A stretch of 64,000 nucleotides of DNA from an uncultured delta proteobacterium (GTDB lineage Bacteria > Myxococcota_A > UBA9160 > UBA6930). Location of the stretch: assembly GCA_963766175.1 (NCBI GenBank), contig CAVXZE010000002.1:204480-268479 (forward strand). Direction: 5' to 3'. The translations under genes and the position numbers were made by a program. The notes under the pieces are model-generated. The model saw only the letters and a program-made list of their open reading frames with translations. It made no database searches and was not told the origin of the DNA. Numbering within the stretch: the first letter of the stretch is position 1; every line of letters begins with the position of its first letter. Of the stretch, positions 30,915 through 38,384 are shown piece after piece.

Positions 30915-32081
30915 TTGGCCGACTTCAGCGGTGTCGACTTCCTGCGCCTCGACGAGCTCCTCTCCGACGAGGAGCGGATGGCGCGGGACACGGTCCGGGA
31001 GTTCGTCTCCCGGGAGTTCCTTCCCGTGATCCAGGAGCACATCCGCAAGGACGGCTCCTTCCCCATGGAGCTGGTGCCGAAGATGGGCGAGCTCGGTCTC
31101 TTCGGCACCAACCTGCAGGGCTACGGCTGCCCCGGGCTGAACAACGTCGCCTACGGCCTTGCCATGCAGGAGCTCGAGCGAGGGGATTCGGGCCTGCGCT
31201 CCTTCGCTTCGGTCCAGGGCTCCCTGGTCATGTACCCGCTCTACACCTATGGCTCCGACGCCCAGAAGGACCGCTGGCTGCCCGCCATGGCGGCCGGCGA
31301 GGCGGTGGGCTGCTTCGGGCTGACCGAGCCCGATTTCGGCAGCTTCGCCCAGGGCATGCGCACCAAGGCCGAGCGGCGCGGTGGAAGCTGGCTGCTCAAC
31401 GGCACCAAGCGCTGGATCACCAACGGCTCGATCGCCGACGTATCGGTGGTGTGGGCGACGACCGAGGAGGGAATCCGCGGTTTTCTGGTCGAGAAGGGCA
31501 CGAAGGGATTCGAGACCCCGGACATCAAGGGCAAGTTCTCGCTTCGAGGATCCGTCACCTCGGAGCTCTACCTCCAGGACGTGGAGGTTCCCGACGAGAG
31601 CCGCCTGCCCAAGGCGGAGGGAATGAAGGCCCCCCTCTCCTGCCTTACCCAGGCCCGTTACGGCATCTCCTGGGGGGCGATCGGCGCCGCCATGGCCTGC
31701 TACGAGGAAGTCGTCGACTACACCAAGGAGCGGAGGGTACAGGGCGGTTGGCTGGCGGCGAAGCAGCTCACCCAGGAGAAGCTGGTGATGATGCTGGTCG
31801 AGATCACCAAGGCCCAGCTCCTCTCCCTCCGGGTGGGGCGCCTCAAGGACGAGGGCAAGCTTCATCACACCATGGTGTCGATGGCAAAGCGGAACAACGT
31901 GAACGCCGCCCTGGAGATCGCCCGCAGCGCCCGCGACCTGCTCGGCGCCAACGGCATCGTGGACGACTACCAGTCGATGCGGCACATGGTGAACCTGGAG
32001 ACGGTGCGGACCTACGAGGGCACCCACGACATCCACACCCTGATCCTCGGCGAGCACATCACCGGAATGCGCGCTCTCTGA
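30915..32081 (+). CDS. gcdH: Acyl-CoA dehydrogenase, glutaryl-CoA dehydrogenase-like
   Basis: 388 aa, TTG start 4 nt after GGAGGA. FGLTEPDFGS, GTKRWITNG and the C-terminal YEGTHDIHTLILG pattern match the ACAD/GCDH family. Confidence 0.7.
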   Translation: MADFSGVDFLRLDELLSDEERMARDTVREFVSREFLPVIQEHIRKDGSFPMELVPKMGELGLFGTNLQGYGCPGLNNVAYGLAMQELERGDSGLRSFASVQGSLVMYPLYTYGSDAQKDRWLPAMAAGEAVGCFGLTEPDFGSFAQGMRTKAERRGGSWLLNGTKRWITNGSIADVSVVWATTEEGIRGFLVEKGTKGFETPDIKGKFSLRGSVTSELYLQDVEVPDESRLPKAEGMKAPLSCLTQARYGISWGAIGAAMACYEEVVDYTKERRVQGGWLAAKQLTQEKLVMMLVEITKAQLLSLRVGRLKDEGKLHHTMVSMAKRNNVNAALEIARSARDLLGANGIVDDYQSMRHMVNLETVRTYEGTHDIHTLILGEHITGMRAL

Positions 32082-32087
32082 GAACGG

Positions 32088-32272
32088 CTAGCCTGCTTTT
32101 CTCACCAGGTCGCGTACCCAGGGCACCGAGAGTGCCGCAGTTTCGCGGCCCTCGGACCGGAGGGCGCCGAAGGCGTACTGGGCAGTACGTCGAGGCGGCC
32201 GGAGTGAGAAGGTCGCCAAAATGCGGTGCTATCGGCGGCCGCAGGAGCGAGCTGGTGGGAAATGCAGGCTAG
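32088..32272. repeat. 185-bp imperfect palindromic, MITE-like element built from two inverted copies of the CTAG repeat
   Basis: Tips are ctagcctgcttttctcaccag (32088->) and ctagcctgcatttcccaccag (reverse complement from 32272), 19/21 identical. Arm similarity continues inward for ~90 nt. A central palindrome cgtact-gggc-agtacg sits at 32174-32189. The element fills the gcdH/murQ convergent spacer, and its right CTA is the murQ stop codon. Confidence 0.65.
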
Positions 32273-33090
32273 CCGCGGCGGGCCAGCTCGATGGCGTCGT
32301 GGGCGCTTCCGTGGCATGCCTGCAGGAGCTGCTTGGCCCGCGCCCGGTCGACCTCGCCGAGGGACATCACGATCTGGACGGCACGCCGCTCGAGCTTTCG
32401 CGATGTCGGGTGGAGGTTCGTCATCAGGTTGCCCTCCACCCGGCCGAGCCGGACCATGACCGCGGTCGAGAGCAGGTGAAGCACCATCTTCTGGGCGAGA
32501 CCACCCTTCATCCGCGTCGAGCCGGCGATGACTTCGGGACCCACCACCGGGGCGATGGCGATCTCCGCTGCGGCGGCCAGCGGGGAGTGCGGGTCGCAGG
32601 TAATCGCGATGCGGCGGGCACCGACGCTCTCCGCCTCCGCCAGGGCTCCGATCGCGAAGGGAGTATGTCCGCTGGCGGAAAGGGCAACGACGGCATCACC
32701 CGGCATCAACTCTCGTTCCCGGAGGGCGACGCGAGCGTCCTCCGCGACGTCCTCGGCGCCCTCGACGGCCCGCACCAGGGCGCCGACGCCACCCGCCATG
32801 ATCCCCACCACCCGCTCCGGGGGATATCCGTAGGTGGGCGGAATCTCGGCGGCGTCGAGTACCCCGATGCGACCGCTCGTCCCAGCGCCCACGTTGAACC
32901 AGCACCCACCGCCCTGGAGGGTGAGGACGAGGATCTCGACCGCGCGCTCCACCTCCGGGAGGGCCCGCCCCACCGCCTCCACCGCGCGGTGATCCTCGGC
33001 ATGGATGGCGCCTAGGATTTCCCCGACGCTGCGTCGATCCAGATCGCGCGTGGACTCCAGGATCGCCTCGGTGAGAAGATCGTCAGCCAT
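32269..33090 (-). CDS. murQ: N-acetylmuramic acid 6-phosphate etherase
   Basis: 273 aa. SIS-domain motif WFNVGAGTSGRIGVLDAAEIPPTYG and ...AGSTRMKGGLAQKMVLH. Confidence 0.8.
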   Translation of the reverse strand: MADDLLTEAILESTRDLDRRSVGEILGAIHAEDHRAVEAVGRALPEVERAVEILVLTLQGGGCWFNVGAGTSGRIGVLDAAEIPPTYGYPPERVVGIMAGGVGALVRAVEGAEDVAEDARVALRERELMPGDAVVALSASGHTPFAIGALAEAESVGARRIAITCDPHSPLAAAAEIAIAPVVGPEVIAGSTRMKGGLAQKMVLHLLSTAVMVRLGRVEGNLMTNLHPTSRKLERRAVQIVMSLGEVDRARAKQLLQACHGSAHDAIELARRG

Positions 33091-33182
33091 TGCCAGCTCT
33101 TTTCGGCAGGACTGCCTGCGGAGCTGAACCAGCCGAAGCTCCTCTCCGCGAGCTCCCAGCGGCCCCCGCTGCGGGTGCTGCT

Positions 33183-33212
33183 AGCGAGTTGGTGAACCGC
33201 GCGGGCTAGAAT
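33183..33212 (+). promoter_or_regulatory. Putative mutS2 promoter (degenerate copy of the CTAG repeat), leaderless geometry
   Basis: agcgagttggtgaaccgcgcgggcTAGAAT matches the repeat core agcgagctggtgggaaatgcaggctag at 19/27 positions with identical spacing. TAGAAT (33207-33212) lies 6 nt upstream of GTG 33219. Confidence 0.4.
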
Positions 33213-33218
33213 GAAAGC

Positions 33219-35603
33219 GTGCCGTTCAACGTCTCGCAGAAGACACTCGACCGACTGGAGTGGCCCGAGGTCGTCGAGTGGCTCCGGCGGCTCGCCCGCA
33301 CGCCCCGGGGTCGGATCCGCTGCGAAGCCGACGACTCGCTCTTCGAAGAGGATCTCGGCGAGGCCCGTACCCGCCTCGCCGAGACCAGCGAAGCCAGGGC
33401 GATCCTGGACGAGGGCGCTCTCCCTCCCCTCGAAGGAGTGCGCGATCAGGCCCGGGTGCTGGGCCGTCTGCGAAAGAGAGGGGTGCTCACCGGCGAGGAG
33501 CTGCTGGGACTTCGCTCGACGCTGGGCGCGATCCACGAGACCTCGCGGTTCCTGCTGGGCCGGGCCGAGGAAGCGCCGCTCCTCGCCGGCTGGGCCCACC
33601 AGATGCTGGATCATTCGGGCCTGGAGGCGGAGATCGATGCCGCACTCGAAGCCAATGGCGAGGTCCGCGACTCGGCCTCCCCGGACCTCGCCGCCGCGCG
33701 GCGGGAGTCGCGACAGATCGCCGGCGACGTGCAACGCCGGATCGCCAGCTGCCTTCAGGACCCGGAGATCGTCGAGGCGCTATCGGATTCGTTCTTCACC
33801 ATCCGCAACGACCGCTACGTGCTGCCGGTCCGCGCCGATGCCCGGGGGCGGGTCTCCGGCATCGTACACGACGCCTCCTCCACCGGGACCACCCTCTTCG
33901 TGGAGCCGCAGGCGGTGGTCGATCTCAACAATCGGCTCAAGCAGGCCGAGCTCACCATCGAGCGGGAGACGCGGCGGGTGCTGCGCGCGCTCAGCGAGCG
34001 GGCGGCCCAGGCCCGTCCGGCGATCGAATCGAACCTGGAAATATTGGAGAGCATCGACCTGGCCTTTGCCCGAGGCGAGCTCTCCAAGGAGATGGGGGCG
34101 GTAGAACCCAGACTCGGGGAAGACGGCGTGTATCTGCTGCATCAGCTCCGCCATCCTCTCCTGCCCCTGGCGGAGGCGGTTCCCAACGACCTGCACCTGG
34201 GTGAGAGCTTCACGGTGCTGGTGCTCTCGGGTCCGAATGCCGGCGGCAAGACGGTGACGATGAAGGCGCTGGGCCTCGCGGCGCTATTCGCACGGGCGGG
34301 CCTTCACGTGCCGGCTGCCCCCGGTGCCAAGGTGGATGCGGCAGAGTCGATCCTCGCGGACATCGGTGACGAGCAGGACATCCGGGAGAGTCTCTCGACC
34401 TTCTCTGCGCACATGGCGAACCTCTCCAGCATCGTCGCGTCGGCCGGAGAGCGCAGCCTCGTCGCGCTGGACGAGGTGGGCGTGGGAACGGATCCCGTCG
34501 AGGGCGCCTCCCTGGCCCAGGCGGTGCTGGAGGCGCTGGCCGACGCGAGAGCGCGAGTCGTCACGACCACCCACTACAACCTGCTGAAGGAGATGGCAGC
34601 AGTGGACTCGCGCTTCGCCAACGCCAGCGTGGAGTTCGATCCAGAGACCTTGGCGCCGACCTACCGCCTGACCATGGGGTCCCCGGGCGCCTCCTCCGCC
34701 ACGGCGGTCGCCGCCCGCATGGGAATGCGCCAGGACATTCTGGAGCGGGCCAACGCCCTGCTGGAGCGCGAGGACCGCCGTCTGGATCGGATGCTCTCAG
34801 AGCTCGCTGCGAGCCGACTGTCCCTCGAACGCGAGCGCATCGAGGCCACGCGACTGCGGGAGGAGAGCGAGGCAACGCGCGACCAGTACCGGAGCAAGCT
34901 CGAGCGCCTCCAGGCTCGCCGGGACAAGCTCTTCGAAGAGATGCGAGGGGAGCTGGAGAGCGGTTTTCGGGACGCTCACGCTCAGGTGGCCAGCGTGATC
35001 CGCGACCTGCAGCGGGGGGGACGGGCGCAGGACGCGGCCCACGCGCGCGAGCGCCTGATCGCCCTGGAGGAGAAGACCCGCGTGGCCGAAGCCGAGCTGC
35101 GCGGCGACGAGGAGCAACCGGAGCCCCTCACCCGGGTCGACTGGAATCGCACCCGGCCCGGCGACCCGGTGCGGGTGCCCGGCGGTCAGCAGGGCACCCT
35201 CCGCTCGCTTCCGGATCGCAGAGGCCGGGTCAGTGTGCAGATCGGCAACGCGAAGCTCGAACTCCCGGCGGATCGGATCGCCGCACCGTCTGGCGAGCTG
35301 GCAGAGAGACGCGAGCCACGCGTGTCGGTGCAGACCGTTTCGCGCGAGGCAGCGGGCGGCTCCACCCGGTGCGATCTTCGCGGCCTGCGGGTGGACGAGG
35401 CATTGGATCGGGTCGCCTCCGCCCTGGACGACGCCGCCAGCTCGGGCGCCAACCAGCTGATGATCGTGCACGGCCTCGGAACCGGCGCCCTACGCAAGGC
35501 GATCCGCGAGCACCTGCGCGACTCCCCCTACGTCGCGCGCTTCGAGTCCGCGGATCCTCGGGAGGGCGGCGACGGAGTCACGGTGGCTCTGCTGGAAGAT
35601 TGA
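33219..35603 (+). CDS. mutS2: Endonuclease MutS2 (MutS domain V plus C-terminal Smr)
   Basis: 794 aa. Walker A GPNAGGKT, DEVGVGTDP, and the Smr domain CDLRGLRVDEAL...MIVHGLGTGALR. Confidence 0.9.
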   Translation: MPFNVSQKTLDRLEWPEVVEWLRRLARTPRGRIRCEADDSLFEEDLGEARTRLAETSEARAILDEGALPPLEGVRDQARVLGRLRKRGVLTGEELLGLRSTLGAIHETSRFLLGRAEEAPLLAGWAHQMLDHSGLEAEIDAALEANGEVRDSASPDLAAARRESRQIAGDVQRRIASCLQDPEIVEALSDSFFTIRNDRYVLPVRADARGRVSGIVHDASSTGTTLFVEPQAVVDLNNRLKQAELTIERETRRVLRALSERAAQARPAIESNLEILESIDLAFARGELSKEMGAVEPRLGEDGVYLLHQLRHPLLPLAEAVPNDLHLGESFTVLVLSGPNAGGKTVTMKALGLAALFARAGLHVPAAPGAKVDAAESILADIGDEQDIRESLSTFSAHMANLSSIVASAGERSLVALDEVGVGTDPVEGASLAQAVLEALADARARVVTTTHYNLLKEMAAVDSRFANASVEFDPETLAPTYRLTMGSPGASSATAVAARMGMRQDILERANALLEREDRRLDRMLSELAASRLSLERERIEATRLREESEATRDQYRSKLERLQARRDKLFEEMRGELESGFRDAHAQVASVIRDLQRGGRAQDAAHARERLIALEEKTRVAEAELRGDEEQPEPLTRVDWNRTRPGDPVRVPGGQQGTLRSLPDRRGRVSVQIGNAKLELPADRIAAPSGELAERREPRVSVQTVSREAAGGSTRCDLRGLRVDEALDRVASALDDAASSGANQLMIVHGLGTGALRKAIREHLRDSPYVARFESADPREGGDGVTVALLED

Positions 35604-35635
35604 GCGCGCGCCGAAGGCGAGCGGAGTTCAAACCG

Positions 35636-36982
35636 CTAGGCGATCCCGAAATCGCGGACGATCTGGTCGGCGGCTCGGAAGCCGGACCTCACCGCGCCTT
35701 CGAGACTCGGGCCCACCAGGTAGTCCCCGGCGAAGTAGAGCCGCCGCCCCCCGGCGCGGAGGTCTCGCTGGACGCTTCGGAATCGCGCGATCTCCCGGTA
35801 TCGCCCCACGTCGAAGCGCGGAAAGGCCTGGGGGTAGCGCCGGACTGCGGAAAAGCGAATCGCCGAGCTGCTTCCGGGATGGAGCCGCTGGAGCAGACCG
35901 AGGAGATCCTTCTCGACGATCTCGTCGGGCGTCTCCAGGTGCGCCCGGCTCCAGCGGCCGCTGGCGATCACCAGAGCGAGCTCCTTGCCCTCGGGTGCGG
36001 GCGCACCCGCACCACCCGGCTGGATGGCGACCACTGCCACCGGCCATCCCTCGCCATCTGGAACCCGGGTCCGGGTGGCACAGCCCACCACGGTCCGATC
36101 CAGTGCCGCCGCCACCACGATCGCCGCCGCGCAACGGGCTCTGGCAAAAAAGTCGCGTTCGGCGGTCCGCAGCAGGGGATCCGCGATGGCCCGGGCGGCC
36201 GCTGCCGGCGTGGCCAGGACGACGGCGTCGGTGTCGACGCTCCGCTCCCCATCCGGCTCCGCAACCCGCACGGTGATGCGCTCCCCCTCCGTCTCCAGTG
36301 CCTGGACGATGGCTCCCAGCCGCGTTGCGTCGTCGGGCGCCAGCGCCTGCGCCAGATCTGCGAGACCCGAGCGCAGGGTTCCAACCGGTGCGTAGCGACG
36401 CGCGACGTAGAGGAGAAGGAAGAGGACGCGACTCGCCGAGTTCGGATCGCAGAGAGACGCGTCGGCGACGAAGGGCTCCACCCAGCTGTCCAGGACGCTG
36501 CGGCCGAAGTAGAGGCGGGTGAACTCCGCGATGCTGCGATCGTCGAGGCGTGCGGCAGATTCGGGTCGATCGGGATCGAGAATGCCGCGGAAGCGGCGCA
36601 GCATCCGCGCCAGGCGCCTCAGGCGCAGGGCCTCGTGGAAACGAACGCCCGGGAGACGCGCCACGCCCAGCACACCAACCGGGTCGATGGGAGAGGCCTC
36701 CCCGCCGCGCAGCTGGGCCAGGCGGAACGGCCGCAGGGGAAGAAAACGCTCTTCGAGACCTGCAGAGGCAATCCAGCCCAGCAGATTTCGATCCCTGGCA
36801 GACACCTGATGGGCGCCGGAATCGAGGCAGAAGCCCTCCCGCCGGTCGCTGGTCGCCCTTCCCCCCACGCGCTCGGAGCGCTCCAGTACCGTCACCTGGC
36901 ATCCGCGCTCGCGCAGCCGCCGGGCGGCGGCCAGGCCGGCGATCCCTGCACCAATCACGGTGATGTGGCGGTTGGCCTGCAT
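35636..36982 (-). CDS. FAD-dependent oxidoreductase (protoporphyrinogen/amine-oxidase-like)
   Basis: 448 aa. Dinucleotide fold ITVIGAGIAGLAAARRL...VLERSERVGGR and C-terminal FAGDY. Substrate not inferable. Confidence 0.7.
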   Translation of the reverse strand: MQANRHITVIGAGIAGLAAARRLRERGCQVTVLERSERVGGRATSDRREGFCLDSGAHQVSARDRNLLGWIASAGLEERFLPLRPFRLAQLRGGEASPIDPVGVLGVARLPGVRFHEALRLRRLARMLRRFRGILDPDRPESAARLDDRSIAEFTRLYFGRSVLDSWVEPFVADASLCDPNSASRVLFLLLYVARRYAPVGTLRSGLADLAQALAPDDATRLGAIVQALETEGERITVRVAEPDGERSVDTDAVVLATPAAAARAIADPLLRTAERDFFARARCAAAIVVAAALDRTVVGCATRTRVPDGEGWPVAVVAIQPGGAGAPAPEGKELALVIASGRWSRAHLETPDEIVEKDLLGLLQRLHPGSSSAIRFSAVRRYPQAFPRFDVGRYREIARFRSVQRDLRAGGRRLYFAGDYLVGPSLEGAVRSGFRAADQIVRDFGIA

Positions 36983-37008
36983 TTCCCACCAGCTCGCTGC
37001 CGCGGCCC
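36973..37008 (+). repeat. Copy of the intergenic repeat lacking the CTAG tip
   Basis: ttggcctgcatttcccaccagctcgctgccgcggcc. The ATG embedded in the repeat (reverse complement at 36982) is used as the start codon of the FAD oxidoreductase. Confidence 0.7.
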
Positions 37009-37040
37009 TGGGCCGGCCGGGCAGGATATAGCAGGAACCG

Positions 37041-37066
37041 TGAACCCCGGCTCTCGCCGCTGCGTA
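37041..37066 (+). promoter_or_regulatory. ECF-type promoter candidate (autoregulation of the sigma factor)
   Basis: TGAACC-N16-CGTA, similar to the TGAAAC-N16-CGTA class of ECF promoters. It lies ~55 nt upstream of the sigma gene. Confidence 0.35.
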
Positions 37067-37121
37067 CTAAGGGCGAAGAGGGGGCGAGACGGAACGATCC
37101 GGTGCGGTACCGTGCGCCGCA

Positions 37122-37658
37122 GTGAGTACGGATGAAGAGCTGATGGTGCGGGTTCAAGCGGGTGACGAAGGAGCGCTGGCCACGCTGATGGACCGGTACA
37201 AGGGTCCCCTCTACGGCTTCCTGAACCGGAGGGTGGGAGATGCCGTGGCGGACGACCTGTTCCAGGAATCCTGGCTGCGAGTGGTACGCGCCCGCGACCG
37301 GTTCGATCCCCGGCGTCGCTTCTCCACCTGGATCTTCCAGATCGCCAACAATCTCTGCCGGGATCGCGGACGCCGCCGGGCCGTGGAGACCCGCTACCTG
37401 GAGAATCTGGCGCAGAGCCGGCCCAGCGGGCCGGGGCGGGTCGCGGCTTCTCCCGTCGAGATCCAGTTCGATATGCGGCAGCGCCTCGACGCGCTTCCCG
37501 AACGACTGCGAGAGGTCCTGGTGCTGCGCTACTACCAGCAGCTCCCGGAGCGGGACATCGCGGAGATCCTGGCGATCCCGCGCGGAACCGTGAAGAGCCG
37601 GCTGCACGCGGCGGTGAAGGCACTGCGTGCCCAGGAGGGGGACGATGGAGCCGATTGA
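37122..37658 (+). CDS. ECF (sigma-70 family, group IV) RNA polymerase sigma factor
   Basis: 178 aa. Region 2 DLFQESWLRVVRARDRFD...FSTWIFQIANNLCRD; region 4 LPERLREVLVLRYYQQLPERDIAEILAIPRGTVKSRLH. Start is GTG 37122 or ATG 37143. Confidence 0.85.
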   Translation: MSTDEELMVRVQAGDEGALATLMDRYKGPLYGFLNRRVGDAVADDLFQESWLRVVRARDRFDPRRRFSTWIFQIANNLCRDRGRRRAVETRYLENLAQSRPSGPGRVAASPVEIQFDMRQRLDALPERLREVLVLRYYQQLPERDIAEILAIPRGTVKSRLHAAVKALRAQEGDDGAD

Positions 37659-38067
37659 GAAGGAGCTGGCTCGACTCGCCCCTTCCCTCGATTCCCTGGA
37701 GGTGCGGCAGCCCTCGGAGGGGCTGGTCGGCCGCACCCTCCACCTGGCGTCGGCGGAGCTTCGCGCGGGAACCCAGTCCGCCCTGCCGCAGCGAGGCCAC
37801 AGCTTCGTGCCGGCCGGCTTCAAGCGGGAGCTGGCACGACTGCTGGGAGCCAGTGCGCTCTCCCTTCCGCTCTTCCTGCTCTGGAACCTGGCGGTGATCT
37901 GGCTGGGCCAGGAGATTCTGACGACCTGGCTCCCCGTTTCCTTCACCTGGGGCCTGATCGGGGCCTACGCGTTCGGTGCGATCGGATGGCTGGCCCTGGT
38001 CCTCGGAACACTCCCGGTCCTGGCTCACAGACGGGCGCTGCGGCGCCACCACGAGGCCGTGACATGA
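37645..38067 (+). CDS. Membrane protein, putative anti-sigma factor (non-ZAS)
   Basis: 140 aa from ATG 37645, overlapping the sigma gene by 14 nt. A cytoplasmic N-terminus is followed by ~3 TM helices. It has no Cys, so there is no HxxxCxxC motif. The call rests on position only. Confidence 0.4.
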   Translation: MEPIEKELARLAPSLDSLEVRQPSEGLVGRTLHLASAELRAGTQSALPQRGHSFVPAGFKRELARLLGASALSLPLFLLWNLAVIWLGQEILTTWLPVSFTWGLIGAYAFGAIGWLALVLGTLPVLAHRRALRRHHEAVT

Positions 38068-38360
38068 ATGGAACCAAGCTCTGCCCCTACTGCGCCGAGG
38101 AGGTTCGCGCCCAGGCCGTCAAGTGCCGGTATTGCGGCTCCCGGCTGGATGGCGAGCGCTTCACCACCGACTGGTACCGCACCGCCAACGACCGCATGAT
38201 CGCCGGGGTCTGCGGCGGCCTGGCCCTGCAATTCGGGGTGCCCACCGCCGTGGTGCGGCTGGCCTTCGCGCTGATGACCCTCTTCGCAGGCGGTATCGGC
38301 CTGGTCATCTACGCCGTGCTCTGGGTGGTCATGCCCCTCGACCGGTGGCTCGAGGAGTAG
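38064..38360 (+). CDS. Zinc-ribbon plus PspC-domain membrane protein
   Basis: 98 aa with an ATGA overlap with the upstream gene. Zinc ribbon CPYCAEEVRAQAVKCRYCGS, then PspC motif RMIAGVCGGLALQFGVPTAVVRLAFAL and a TM helix. Confidence 0.75.
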   Translation: MNGTKLCPYCAEEVRAQAVKCRYCGSRLDGERFTTDWYRTANDRMIAGVCGGLALQFGVPTAVVRLAFALMTLFAGGIGLVIYAVLWVVMPLDRWLEE

Positions 38361-38369
38361 CTGGGTAAC

Positions 38370-38384
38370 CGGGGACGTTCCTGC
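38370..38384. repeat. 15-mer cggggacgttcctgc in a convergent-gene spacer (copy 2 of 2)
   Basis: Lies between the PspC-gene stop (38360) and the GH36-HAD stop (38385), directly abutting the minus-strand stop codon as in copy 1. Confidence 0.6.
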
